The notes beneath the pieces are model-generated. The model saw nothing but the letters and a program-made list of their open reading frames with translations, searched no databases and was not told the DNA's origin. DNA of 64,000 bases from an uncultured Desulfarculus sp. Its GTDB lineage: Bacteria > Desulfobacterota > Desulfarculia > Desulfarculales > Desulfarculaceae. Every line of letters begins with the position of its first letter. Positions within the stretch are counted from its first letter, which is position 1. The stretch is from contig CAXXUK010000002.1 of NCBI GenBank assembly GCA_963665125.2, forward strand, positions 640,001-704,000, in the 5' to 3' direction. Below are positions 19,501-28,617 of this stretch, piece by piece. A program made the position numbers and the translations under genes.

Positions 19501-20925
19501 GTTGTGTTGTTTGCCGTCGGCAAAAACGGTAAGCCTGGCCTGGGAAAGGGCCTTGGTTGATACCTTAACCGCGCCCAAGCGTTCCAAGGTCACCCGCACC
19601 GTGCCGCCGACCAGGGTTATGTCCTTGATCCGCACCACCGCCGGAACCGGAGTGGGCTTGACCTGGACGGTTGGCTTGGTGGGAATGGACGTCGCCGGCT
19701 GGACGACCGGTTTGGGCGTGGGCTTTACCATCAATTGGGCGGTTTTAACGCTGGTAGCTCCGATTCCGCTGAGCTGGGCCCTGATGGAGGCGGTTTTCTC
19801 CAGTTCGATGCCCGTGTTGAAGACCACTTTCTTTTGGGAGCTGTTGAGCTTGCTGCCCGCCGGATCGGCCTTGTGCAGGTTATAGTTGTGTTGTTTGCCG
19901 TCGGCAAAAACGGTAAGCCTGGCCTGGGAAAGGGCCTTGGTTGATACCTTAACCGCGCCCAAGCGTTCCAAGGTCACCCGCACCGTGCCGCCGACCAGGG
20001 TTATGTCCTTGATCCGCACCACCGCCGGGGCCGGGGTCGGCTTGACCTGGGTGGTGGGCTTGGCTACGGCATGGAGTTCCGCAGTGGGCTTGACCGCCGG
20101 TTTTATGATGACAGGAGCCAGGGTTGCCTGGTAAGTTGGCTGGGCGCCAAGACCTTGAATTGACGCTAAGACCACGCCGCGCTTGGCAAGTGCAACCCCC
20201 GTGCGGTAACTGACCTCTCTTTTGGCTCCGTTAAGCCTTCGGGCCCCGGGATCAACCCTGCTCAGGGGGTAAACATTGGATTTTCCCTGGTATATCACCA
20301 TCAGCCGGGCCTTGCCGAGACTGGCCGGGTCGATTTTGGTTTTGTCCAGGTGCCTGATCTCCACCACCACATAATTGTTCGTCAGGGATAAACCCGTGAT
20401 ACGCAACCGGGATATTTGGGGCGTTGGCTTGGCCGCCGGCGGTTTCACGGCCTGGACCGTTGGTTTGGCTTGGGCGGCTGGGCTGGGTGTGCTGAGAGGG
20501 GGGCTTAGGGTTGCGGTTCGGATGTTGTTTTTGGTGTTGGACTCGTCAAACAGACCTTTGGCCACATAAATTGTAGCCGTGACTTTGACCCGGTTTTTGA
20601 TTTTTTCGGGTACGCGGTAGGTCAGCTTGCCGCCTGGATTGGCCAACCGGCCCTTGGGGTCTATTTTATGCAGTAAAATTGCTTGGTTGCTTTTGTTGAC
20701 GTCAATCAGCAGCTTGGCCTTGAACAGCTTGGAGGGCGCAATCTTCTCTTTGCCGCAGTTGCGCAAGGCGACGTTGATGTAGCCCGACGCATCCAGCCAG
20801 ATACGATCAATACACAAGTCGGCGTCAATTTCGGTATTGGATTTTGCTTGGACGGCGGCCTGGTTGAAGAAAAATAGGCTGGCTATGGCCAGCAGTAATA
20901 AGACAACAGTTGTAAATTTTGGCAC
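16516..20925 (-). CDS. Large exported repeat protein (Ig/CARDB-like repeats with Pro-Thr linkers, C-terminal carboxypeptidase-regulatory-like domains)
   Basis: Likely GTG start at 20925 followed by a signal peptide (ORF track extends to 21051); 128-aa repeats; repeated GxV...GVxV...TxxxGxFxFxxLxxGxYxVxP..F.P units. Confidence 0.8.
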   Translation of the reverse strand: MPKFTTVVLLLLAIASLFFFNQAAVQAKSNTEIDADLCIDRIWLDASGYINVALRNCGKEKIAPSKLFKAKLLIDVNKSNQAILLHKIDPKGRLANPGGKLTYRVPEKIKNRVKVTATIYVAKGLFDESNTKNNIRTATLSPPLSTPSPAAQAKPTVQAVKPPAAKPTPQISRLRITGLSLTNNYVVVEIRHLDKTKIDPASLGKARLMVIYQGKSNVYPLSRVDPGARRLNGAKREVSYRTGVALAKRGVVLASIQGLGAQPTYQATLAPVIIKPAVKPTAELHAVAKPTTQVKPTPAPAVVRIKDITLVGGTVRVTLERLGAVKVSTKALSQARLTVFADGKQHNYNLHKADPAGSKLNSSQKKVVFNTGIELEKTASIRAQLSGIGATSVKTAQLMVKPTPKPVVQPATSIPTKPTVQVKPTPVPAVVRIKDITLVGGTVRVTLERLGAVKVSTKALSQARLTVFADGKQHNYNLHKADPAGSKLNSSQKKVVFNTGIELEKTASIRAQLSGIGATSVKTAQLMVKPTPKPVLQPATSIPTKPTVQVKPTPVPAVVRVKDIALVDRTVRVTLERWSAAEVPASALSRARLTVIADGESHSFDLGKVDPKGRRLNSSQKKVVFNTGIELEKTASIRAQLSGIGATSAKTAQLMVKPTPKPVVKPTAAAETTQAKITIWPQSIAITQGKDTQVNLRGAQTARVAKVHILHGGKAVEGLSASLAEDKLQIDSNSQKLPSGQYELVLLDKANNEIQRLPLGLSFSQSAPVRLGGGVSADRVISGQMTAGWNQQELADNWVRDMYQAGLLQVSISPNAGQFSIRSDNYLRWCQLPPGRYTITVTAPSMWSISGGQQTILAEEQYSHLSSITVTPRYRIHGTVNDCEDPAQGVSQVRVQRLNSAGIGGAVRAVSVDQSGNYSVIVDAGRYKVKPLVPQNSGLPQPVERIVTVPYGSRQELQVDFDLSRDLQTRATPTPDSRPMDSRPIVGVVRLADGSGADDVTIEIRGIDHPNLRTDENGEFQTQGIRQNVYVTIRPRKDGWDFSPRRAVASASDGHIVEIEATPTHLARFVINGTIQADGRPLAGVTVHCGDQTTTTAQSGVFAFRDLPQGQYVVRPELEGYSFEPAALNITINDRNMLNHYFVASRIAPTGNSFIAGNLWSVTYSGGLGHEGLGDKQVKLFYCTGGNDPNCSARVVVPGHLAAVTEDDGHFVFQGLGQGRYVLVPQSVHTAFQPAERIVNLSGQSVSGVDFVRASGDYNAQSINGRFSTLDDSPIPDGITLRVESCDHVQDPTCQRTNAQVRINPDGSFIIWDVPPGVVKLVPMGADLTFEPASMLMTNRADSTNFGGRYIVRRDVGHSSVGNLTIRLGRSRDMEDRPQVVWQVEYLGQSDMTEYARQRPQDYQAQSQRQVASDPVTGVSHLNQVSTGTYKIYPSSIHPRGECEISPEVTYIFVSPGENTMRASVIPVH
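18930..20050. repeat. 384-bp (128-aa) intragenic tandem repeat, two near-identical copies plus one diverged copy
   Basis: accggagtgggcttgacctggacgg recurs at 19262 and 19646 (offset 384); protein repeat VVRIKDITLVGGTVRVTLER...KTAQLMVKPTPKP. Confidence 0.92.
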
Positions 20926-21193
20926 GTATCCGCCCCTTGGGTTTTCATGGTTAAGGTGAGTCGGCCCCTGATTGAACCGGATTTTTCTGTGAAGACGCCC
21001 GGGCAGGCAAAAAAGTCTACACATAATTACAAAAACACGAATTAATTGCAACCGGGGCCACTTGCATGTTGGTCAAGCGTCAACATTAATTGTGAAAGTT
21101 TCTTGCAAATGACCTGCTTTTACCTTTACATTCGGATGAAAAATTTTCCCCGCCGGAATTCACCCTTGGCGCTAGTGTGATTTGGAGGCATTG

Positions 21194-23149
21194 ATGAATT
21201 TGCTCAAGCGAGCCGCGGGCAAACCGCCCCGGCTGGCCGCGCTGGCATGCTGCCTGTTGCTGGGCCTGCTATGGTCCGGTCCGGTATATGCCGCTGACCT
21301 CGACCCAAACCCGGTTGTCGAACTTGTCTGTCCGGCTCCCGGTTCAATGATCATTGAAAAAAAACCGATCCTGGAGATCAACCTGCCCGGTACGGAGGCG
21401 GTCAATGGTCTTATAATTCTTTTGGATGATAAGGATATTACCGGCTTGGTTGAGCGTAGCGGCGGCAAGTTGCAGGTTCCGCTTTTCGAAATTCTGCCTT
21501 CTGGTGAGCACGTTTTGACCTTGTTGTCCACCGACAGCCAAGGCAATCAAACTGAGCGCAGCTTTACCTTCCGCTCCAAACATTACGAAGACTATGACGA
21601 GGCCTATGTTAGTGGCAACCTGTCGGCAGTGTGGGAAGGCGCGTTTGTTCGCAACAATGCCGATGACTGGCCTGATTCAAAAATAGAGGCCAACCTGGAA
21701 AACCACATGCGCGTCAAGCGGGGCGACTGGGATATCAGCTTTGATTCCAACCTCCGCTACCAGGACCAAAGCAAGGCCTTTACGGAACCCGAGAAAAAGG
21801 GGATCAACATCGCCGACTATCTGCTGCGGGCGGCTTATGACCAAAACGGCGTGTCGCTGGATGCCAGTATGGGCGACGTCATCGTGGACTTGGGCCGTTT
21901 GACAGTGGACAATCTGGCCCGCCGGGGCGGCTTGTTCCAGGCCAACGCGGGCGGAGCCAGCGCCACGCTGTTCATGATCAACAGCAACGAGTATTGGGGT
22001 TTTTACGGCGGCATGGGCCTGGACGGCGACACCAGCGATCACCTGATGGGCGGTCGGGTGTCCATGGATATAGTGCCCGAAAAATTCAAGGCCGGAGTGC
22101 ACTATATTACCGGTGGCCAACAAGGCGATTCGTTCGGCGAGTGTACCGACGAAGCCCCGGGCAAAGGCGATGTCTGGGGCGCGCGGCTCTGGGCCGGCCC
22201 TTGGGGTGAAGTGCTCACAGCCGAGGCCGAGTTGAACTTCAGCACGGTTGAGTACGAAAACAACAGCAATGACGCCGATGACAAGGCTTGGCGGGTGGCC
22301 TTGGAGGGCCAGACCGGCGCCTACACGTACAACGCCGGCTATGAATACATCGGACCAGACTATACGGTGGCTGCCAACGACAGCTTTGAAAACGACCGCC
22401 AAGGTTACAATATAGGCGGCAGGGGCGACTGGACCAACCATTCGCTGGCCGCTAACTTCGGCCAGTACCAGGACAACGTGGAAGCTGACGCGGACGAGGC
22501 CAAAACCAACAGCATCGACGCGGGACTTAATTATTCCTACAACGGCCTGGAGCGCTGGCCTCTGACCTTGAGCTATCAACTGGCCACCTTGGACACCAGT
22601 GACGAGCCTTCCTGGGTTCAGGCGCAGGAAACCAGGCAGCACACGGTACTGGGTACGGCTTCCTTCCTGGGCGACATCCTCAATCTGGGCCTCCAGGCCG
22701 AATATTCCAACCTGGACGACGGCCAGACCGACTCAAACGACAGCCGAACCATGACCTTTACCCTCAGCCCGGCGCTGCTCTATGAAACTTTGAGCATCTC
22801 CCCGTCTTTTTCGTGGTCTCAAATGGAGCTTACCGCGTCTTCCATTACAACGGACACTTTCACCTTCAATGTGGATATCCTGGGTCAATTGCCTGACTGG
22901 GACCTGAACTGGCAACTGGCCGGGTCTTACAACAAGACAAAGGCGTCCGATGACAGCAGCGACTTTGAGACCATCGGGGCAAATGCGGAGATCAGCCGCA
23001 CCTTTGGCCAATTGCTGGGCGGGCATTTACGGCCCACAGTGGCCCTGAGGGCCCAGTACAATAACAACAGAGACCTGGCCCTGGACGACTCGGAAGAGGA
23101 ATTCATCGCCCTGGTGGTTCTTTCGGCCGATGCGCCGTTCAGTTTTTAA
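21194..23149 (+). CDS. Putative outer-membrane beta-barrel protein with N-terminal Ig-like domain
   Basis: GGAGG RBS; signal peptide; LPSGEHVLTL Ig-type segment; many amphipathic beta strands; acidic; C-terminal Phe (APFSF). Confidence 0.7.
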   Translation: MNLLKRAAGKPPRLAALACCLLLGLLWSGPVYAADLDPNPVVELVCPAPGSMIIEKKPILEINLPGTEAVNGLIILLDDKDITGLVERSGGKLQVPLFEILPSGEHVLTLLSTDSQGNQTERSFTFRSKHYEDYDEAYVSGNLSAVWEGAFVRNNADDWPDSKIEANLENHMRVKRGDWDISFDSNLRYQDQSKAFTEPEKKGINIADYLLRAAYDQNGVSLDASMGDVIVDLGRLTVDNLARRGGLFQANAGGASATLFMINSNEYWGFYGGMGLDGDTSDHLMGGRVSMDIVPEKFKAGVHYITGGQQGDSFGECTDEAPGKGDVWGARLWAGPWGEVLTAEAELNFSTVEYENNSNDADDKAWRVALEGQTGAYTYNAGYEYIGPDYTVAANDSFENDRQGYNIGGRGDWTNHSLAANFGQYQDNVEADADEAKTNSIDAGLNYSYNGLERWPLTLSYQLATLDTSDEPSWVQAQETRQHTVLGTASFLGDILNLGLQAEYSNLDDGQTDSNDSRTMTFTLSPALLYETLSISPSFSWSQMELTASSITTDTFTFNVDILGQLPDWDLNWQLAGSYNKTKASDDSSDFETIGANAEISRTFGQLLGGHLRPTVALRAQYNNNRDLALDDSEEEFIALVVLSADAPFSF

Positions 23150-23161
23150 GGGGGTTGAGGC

Positions 23162-24805
23162 ATGAAAAAAATCAGCCTACTTTTGGTATTGGCGGCGGCA
23201 ATGGTCATGGCCTGGGCCGCAGTGGCTCAAGCCCTCACTCTTAACGTCAATCCCAGCCGAGTCAGAGTGGGCTCGGCGATTACGGCCACTGTACGGGCTA
23301 CATACACCACGGCTCCATTGGCGTGCGCAAACCAGGTGAATTTTGGCGACGGTACGGGATGGCAGTTTTTGACCTCCTGCAACACCACAAGCTGCACCAA
23401 GACTCTTGGGCACACCTTTGGAGCCACTGGCACCTATACCGTACGGGCCAGGGGCGATTCCACGGCTTCCTGCGTGGCCCTGTTGAACCCGCCGACCACG
23501 GCGGCAACAACGGCGAACGTTTGCCCCAAATTGGCCTTCAGCGGCAGTTCACGGCTGTCAAGCGCCCGGCAAGGCGTGGCCTATTCCCAGCGCCTGAGCG
23601 TCACCAGCGGCGGACAGCAGGTAACCTATCAAGTCTTCACCGGCAGCCTGCCGCAGGGTCTGAGCCTCGGTAGCGGCGGAGTGATTAGCGGCACACCCAC
23701 GGCCTCGGGCAATTTCAGTTTCGGCGTCCGGGCGATCGACGCCTGCGGCGGCACTGCCCTGGCCGTCAAGCGCATGTACAGCCTGTCCGTTGATGCTGCT
23801 CCAAACGTGCAGTTCAGCGGTTCGGCCAGCCCGGCATCTGCCCAGGTGCGGCCTGACACGGCTACGGTCGTAAACATGCGTCACAATCTGCGCAGCACGG
23901 CAAACACGCCAATGACTCTGACCTCAGCTTCGGCCAGCTTTGTGGCCGGGGGGCGGATCCTCGGCACCGTCAACCGGGCCCTGAGTGTAAACTTGAGCGG
24001 CGGTTCGGGCTCGGTGGCCGAGACTGTCACTGTGCCCGCCTCGGTGGTGCAACAGGCCGCCGACGTGGGGGCCAACGACCTGCAATACCGCCGCGGTTTC
24101 AGCTACAACGGCGCCAATGTGGTTACGACCACCGTCAGCCTCAATACCTTGCAAAAGGCCTTGGGGTCCCTGCGGGTGCGTAAATTGCGTTTGTTCTTTG
24201 ACAACAGGCGTCCGGAAATCACAGTAAAGCGCTTTGCCACCGGTTTGCGGGCCACCGCGGCGATCACCTATGAAGGCAGCGGCCAGTTGATGGCCTACTG
24301 GGAGGTCGACGGCCGAGTAATCGCCCATGAAAACATGAACCTGATCTACGGCAAGCGCAGCATTGAGCTGCAATCGCCCCAGGTTCCGGCCCTGCCCACC
24401 TTCAGCCAAGGCACCCATCGGGTGCGGCTGGTCATCACCAGCCCGTCCATGGATATCGACTTGCCGGTGGCTATCTATTACGTGGAAACGGCCAAGGCCG
24501 CCGAAGTGGTGCCCATTGCCAAAATTCAGCCGCCTTGCGGATCCCACAGGCCCTATGCCGCGGTGGCGTTTTCCTGGGGAGCAGTCAAAAGCGCCGAGCT
24601 ATATATAGTTGATTTCCTGAAACAAAAAGATGACCAGCCGTTCTTCAGTGCACAAGTAAAACAGCCCGCCTACAACCTGCCCGCGGTACTGTTGAAAAAA
24701 TACTTCAAACCGGGTACGGCCTATGTCTGGCGGGTGCGGGCCCTGGATTCCCAGGGTGCCGTGACCGGCGAAAGCAATGCCTGTGGTTTGATTTTCAAGC
24801 CCTGA
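23162..24805 (+). CDS. Secreted protein with PKD, putative-Ig (He_PIG) and FN3-like domains
   Basis: Signal peptide; VNFGDGT...HTFGATGTYTV (PKD); GSLPQGLSLGSGGVISGTPTASGNFSF (He_PIG); PGTAYVWRVRALD (FN3-like). Confidence 0.82.
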   Translation: MKKISLLLVLAAAMVMAWAAVAQALTLNVNPSRVRVGSAITATVRATYTTAPLACANQVNFGDGTGWQFLTSCNTTSCTKTLGHTFGATGTYTVRARGDSTASCVALLNPPTTAATTANVCPKLAFSGSSRLSSARQGVAYSQRLSVTSGGQQVTYQVFTGSLPQGLSLGSGGVISGTPTASGNFSFGVRAIDACGGTALAVKRMYSLSVDAAPNVQFSGSASPASAQVRPDTATVVNMRHNLRSTANTPMTLTSASASFVAGGRILGTVNRALSVNLSGGSGSVAETVTVPASVVQQAADVGANDLQYRRGFSYNGANVVTTTVSLNTLQKALGSLRVRKLRLFFDNRRPEITVKRFATGLRATAAITYEGSGQLMAYWEVDGRVIAHENMNLIYGKRSIELQSPQVPALPTFSQGTHRVRLVITSPSMDIDLPVAIYYVETAKAAEVVPIAKIQPPCGSHRPYAAVAFSWGAVKSAELYIVDFLKQKDDQPFFSAQVKQPAYNLPAVLLKKYFKPGTAYVWRVRALDSQGAVTGESNACGLIFKP

Positions 24806-24816
24806 GTAGGCACATC

Positions 24817-24860
24817 AAAAAGAACGCCCAGAGGCGCACCTGGTCTGGGCGTTCTTTATT
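24817..24860 (+). terminator. Rho-independent terminator (possibly bidirectional)
   Basis: aaagaacgcccaga...tctgggcgttcttt followed by att. Confidence 0.75.
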
Positions 24861-25007
24861 GTGTCGGACCTATCGCGTGACCCACGCACAATATACGTTT
24901 CGTTAAGCGACAATTTGATGTTCATATGAAGAGCCAAGCGTGATGCCTGGCTCTTTTTGTGTTTTTAAGCTCAGCGCTAGCCGGCGTGACAACGCGAGTG
25001 ACAAAAA

Positions 25008-26294
25008 GAGACCATTGCGTAAAGCCGAGTCCTGACATACTTTCCTTTTCAGATGATTTTTTCGGTGTAGTAGGCAGTTGGGCCGGGCTTCGTTGGGTTT
25101 TTTCTAGCTTTTACCTGGCTGCCCATCCTGCCCCCCGGTGTCTTTGATCACCTGCCGGCCAGTATCGCGGCCTTTTTCAGGTTGAAGGCCATGGCCGATA
25201 GCATCAGTTGCATGTTCATCTTGGCCAGGCCCAAATATCTGGCCCGCGCCAGGCCGTAGTGCTTCTTCATGCTGCCGAATGCCCTCTCCACCGAGCAGCG
25301 CACCCGTGAGATGGCCTTGTTCACTCTGAGTTCTGCATCACTCAGCGGTCGACCGCGAGCCGCCTTGTACATGATCAAGTCAAAGTAACCGGCCTCTTCC
25401 AGGTGGCTTCGATTATCCGCGCTGCTGTAGCCTTTGTCGGCCAGGACCGGAGCATCCTTCTTCAGCTTGGCGTTGTCGACCACGGCCATGAATTCCTTGC
25501 AATCCGGGCGGTTGGCCGGTGTGGCGTGGCCAGCCAGAATAAACCCGTGCTCCCCATCGACGGCAATGTGTCCCTTGTAGCCATAGCAGTACTTCTTGCC
25601 TTTCTTGGTCCATTTGGCGTCCGTGTCATCGGAATAGGTGGTTTCCACGCTGTAGCCGGTGGGGCGGTCGTCGTCATCATCGTCGTTTTGGTCGTCGAGT
25701 TCATCGAAGATCACTTCCTGCTTTTTGCGGGGCTGGCGGGCGGATGGAATCAAGGTGGCATCCACGCTGGAGCCGGTGCGCACCAAAATACCCTGCGCTT
25801 CAAGCTGCTTATTTATCATATTAAACAGCTTGTCCAGCAGGCCGCGCTCTTGCAGGTGGTTTCGAAAGCGGCAGATGGTGGAGGCGTCGGGCGACTCGTG
25901 ATCCAACGAAAAACCGGCGAAACGGCAAAAGGAAATCCGGTCGGCCATGGCTTCGGCTGCCTTGTGGTCGCTCAGGTCATGCCAGCGTTGCAGCAGCAAA
26001 ATCTTGAACATGCCCAGAGGCGGATAAGCCGGATTGCCCACCGCGTCCTTGTGGCGCCGAAGCTTTTTCTTCAGAAAGCCCTCGATGGGCTTCCAATCGA
26101 CGATGCGGTTTACATCATCCAGAAAGGTTTTGGGCTGTTTGCGGCTGGCCACGGCCATGTCCGCGAAACCGCCCCGCCTTGTCTCGAACCGATTGGCCAA
26201 AGATGCCCTCCATTCACGATGGTTAAGGACATTTTAACCAATTATTGCAACCAATTAAAGTGCACTCTCGGAGCTGACGCCGTGCAACGGTCTC
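25008..26294 (-). mobile_element. IS5-family insertion sequence, about 1287 bp
   Basis: Terminal inverted repeats GAGACCATTGC / GCAACGGTCTC; flanked on both sides by an A-run (AAAA target duplication). Confidence 0.88.
25148..26200 (-). CDS. IS5-family DDE transposase
   Basis: PDASTICRFR, VDATLI, YGYKGH, LADKGY, R..VER.FG.MK motifs. Confidence 0.95.
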   Translation of the reverse strand: MANRFETRRGGFADMAVASRKQPKTFLDDVNRIVDWKPIEGFLKKKLRRHKDAVGNPAYPPLGMFKILLLQRWHDLSDHKAAEAMADRISFCRFAGFSLDHESPDASTICRFRNHLQERGLLDKLFNMINKQLEAQGILVRTGSSVDATLIPSARQPRKKQEVIFDELDDQNDDDDDDRPTGYSVETTYSDDTDAKWTKKGKKYCYGYKGHIAVDGEHGFILAGHATPANRPDCKEFMAVVDNAKLKKDAPVLADKGYSSADNRSHLEEAGYFDLIMYKAARGRPLSDAELRVNKAISRVRCSVERAFGSMKKHYGLARARYLGLAKMNMQLMLSAMAFNLKKAAILAGR

Positions 26295-26317
26295 AAAAAG
26301 TGACAAAATCAAAGACA

Positions 26318-26349
26318 AAGGGGTTAGGCCTTTCGGCCTAACCCCTTGT
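26318..26349. terminator. Terminator hairpin downstream of the tRNA 3' end
   Basis: aaggggttaggcc-tttc-ggcctaacccctt. Confidence 0.8.
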
Positions 26350-26355
26350 TTTATT

Positions 26356-26400
26356 TGGTGCGCCCGGCCTGATTCGAACAGGCGGCCTACGGATTCGTAG
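26356..26400 (-). tRNA. 3' half of tRNA-Arg(ACG), an att site of an integrated element rather than a functional tRNA
   Basis: Minus strand CTACGAA-TCCGT-AGGCC-GCCTG-TTCGAAT-CAGGC-CGGGCGC-ACCA; the 5' anticodon stem, D-arm and 5' acceptor strand are absent upstream. Confidence 0.88.
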
Positions 26401-26569
26401 ACAAGCCTTTTTGAGCTTCCTAACCTCCTCAAATTACAGCAACTAGCTGTAATGACTAAAGGAAGATACTGACACAATTTGACAGGTTTTTGCTGATTTT
26501 GGCCAGATTTTGCGAGAAACTCTCACATAAATCCACACATGAGATTGCGTGGAAGTATCACGCGATAAT

Positions 26570-27646
26570 TCAACACGTGACTGGCCCGAAATGACCGTTG
26601 TAACCAACATGAGTGAGCACGAGCCGATTGATACATTTGATACCCACTAACCCAACTTCCAACGGGCGTCCGAATAAAGCGAAGTTTTCGATCGTGAATC
26701 TCTTTGCATATTTTTCCCGCTCAGGATGATATCGGCGCAAGGAAAGACCATAGGAAGTCTCGAACGGATGACCTCCTGTGCGAATCAAGCTGAAGAATGA
26801 TGGATAGATTACGCCATCAAAGGCAGCATCTCTCGCTGCTAATGCAATCGCTCGACTAATTTCGTATGAGTGAGACCTTGCAAGAAAGAGCATATGAATA
26901 GCCATATCCAGACTATCGAATTCTGTGCAGTCTTCCTCCAGAACATGTGTCAAATCTAAAAGGCGCAAATCTCGATGTGCAGTAAACGTGGCAACATATA
27001 TGTCATCTTCCATAGCGGCACGGCATTCGTGGATGCATACATCAATTTCCTGTGATCCATACATGACGGGGAAGCCGGTTGAATCCAAACGTCCCTTGCC
27101 AGCAAGAGCGATGGGTGGGCTATCATACTCCTGTGGGTCATCAGGGCGCTGCGGACTGACTCGGAGGCGATAGAACGTCGCATTTTTATCAAGCGTTCTT
27201 TCTGGATACTCCTTCAGGATACGGTCGATGATCTGCGGTCGTGTCTTGGATTTTTGTAAGGCTTTGAGCGGTTCTACTTCGCCTAGCATCCAAAGACGCG
27301 GACCATAGTGGAAGAATCCAAACTTAGTAGCTTCTTCAATTAGTTTGATGTCATTTTTGAGCCAGGGAGATGGCCATATATTGCTCTTTCCATAGCTATT
27401 CTCGTTGATTTGAATCATTGGTGCTGCACCATATTGGTGCCAGGTGGTGGTACCTCTAACGAAGAAGCGCCATGCAAGCCCCTTAACAAGCTCTTTCGTT
27501 AGCTTCCGTCCTTTGGGACTGCCGCAATTTGGGCAGACACCTTGCAACTCAAGGCCTCGATTGGTCGCATCTATCCTCAACCCCTCATCTGTGAAGCAGT
27601 CAGAACAAAGAATCGGTGAGCTATCGCACTCATTTTCGACTGTCAT
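26570..27646 (-). CDS. RES-domain protein (NAD+ phosphorylase family) with N-terminal Cys cluster
   Basis: FYRLR...SPP...GRLDSTGFPVMYGS...CIHECR...RLLDLT...DGVIYPS; CSDC...CPNC at the N-terminus; low GC. Confidence 0.85.
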   Translation of the reverse strand: MTVENECDSSPILCSDCFTDEGLRIDATNRGLELQGVCPNCGSPKGRKLTKELVKGLAWRFFVRGTTTWHQYGAAPMIQINENSYGKSNIWPSPWLKNDIKLIEEATKFGFFHYGPRLWMLGEVEPLKALQKSKTRPQIIDRILKEYPERTLDKNATFYRLRVSPQRPDDPQEYDSPPIALAGKGRLDSTGFPVMYGSQEIDVCIHECRAAMEDDIYVATFTAHRDLRLLDLTHVLEEDCTEFDSLDMAIHMLFLARSHSYEISRAIALAARDAAFDGVIYPSFFSLIRTGGHPFETSYGLSLRRYHPEREKYAKRFTIENFALFGRPLEVGLVGIKCINRLVLTHVGYNGHFGPVTC

Positions 27647-27716
27647 AGTACGATCCGTATTTACCTAACTTTGCTAATCAGTTGTGCGGCTTTTTGTATC
27701 GGGTGAATATGCTTTG

Positions 27717-28592
27717 TCAGATAAGATCATTCGACAAAACAATTAGCTCCTTGAAATCACTTTCTTTTAAAATCCGCATAGGGATGCCGCTCCTAATAAG
27801 TTTTTCCGCCTCTCTGTGTTTAGCGCTTTTCTCATGACCTGCAAGTTTCTTAATATCTTGGTCACCGACTACAAGAAATGAGGTTTTCTTTGTTACACGG
27901 GGTGCTACTTGAAAACCAATGGAGGCTGCGATATCAGCTGCTTCATGGCGCGGTATTTCGAGGGAGCCAGTGAAAACAATAACCTCGCCATAAAAGGCTC
28001 CTTCCAAATTACCTTTACGCTTTTCAGAAGAACCTGATCTGCTGGCTGCGGGGTCAATTGGTTGGCGTACTCTTTTAAGCCAACCATCTATATCTAGACC
28101 GCTCTTGTTGCTTGCGCTGAGGAGTATATGCGCTGCTGCTTTTGCATCCTCCAAGGCATCGTGATGTTTAAAGTCATATCCAATAAGTTGGCATAAATCA
28201 TATAACCCATACCCTTTCCGGGCACACTCCTTCCATGTTCTGCGTGCTACACACGCCGAATCAAGCCAAATACAGTTTATTTCATTGAGACTATAACGTT
28301 GAGATGCCTGTTTAATCGAAATGCGGTCAAAATGCGTGTGGCAAACAACCACTGCACTTTCGAGATATGATCGTAGCGTATTGGCTAACTCTGAAAAATT
28401 TGGGGCACCCTTGACAACAGACTCGTCAATCCCGTGGAGAGATACATTGGTGATATCGAAATAATCCTCTGGATCAACATAGATTTTCCATTCATCTGAC
28501 AAGACGCTATTTTCGTATTTTACCAAGCCGATTTGGCAAATAGATGCCATATCGGCATTAGCTGTTTCTACGTCAATTGCAATGAAGTCCAT
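27717..28592 (-). CDS. DnaQ/DEDDh 3'-5' exonuclease fused to a BRCT domain
   Basis: AIDVETAN, HTHFD, HHDALEDA; C-terminal IVFTGSL...VTKKTSFLVVG BRCT motif. Confidence 0.9.
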   Translation of the reverse strand: MDFIAIDVETANADMASICQIGLVKYENSVLSDEWKIYVDPEDYFDITNVSLHGIDESVVKGAPNFSELANTLRSYLESAVVVCHTHFDRISIKQASQRYSLNEINCIWLDSACVARRTWKECARKGYGLYDLCQLIGYDFKHHDALEDAKAAAHILLSASNKSGLDIDGWLKRVRQPIDPAASRSGSSEKRKGNLEGAFYGEVIVFTGSLEIPRHEAADIAASIGFQVAPRVTKKTSFLVVGDQDIKKLAGHEKSAKHREAEKLIRSGIPMRILKESDFKELIVLSNDLI

Positions 28593-28617
28593 TGCTCAAC
28601 CTCTACATCGGGCTTGC

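Noticed and set aside
24881..24908. Weak dif-like sequence cccacgcacaa-tatacg-tttcgttaagc
   Set aside because: Too many mismatches to the XerC/XerD arms and lacks the inner TAA/TTA symmetry
15877..24916. 15-bp direct repeat GTTAAGCGACAATTT at 15877 and 24902 flanking the surface cluster
   Set aside because: About two chance 15-mer matches are expected in 64 kb, and the left copy is explained as the end of an IS3 remnant; not enough to call att sites
26356..26430. Full-length tRNA-Arg gene
   Set aside because: Sequence 5' of the anticodon loop cannot form the anticodon stem, D-arm or acceptor stem; only the 3' half is present
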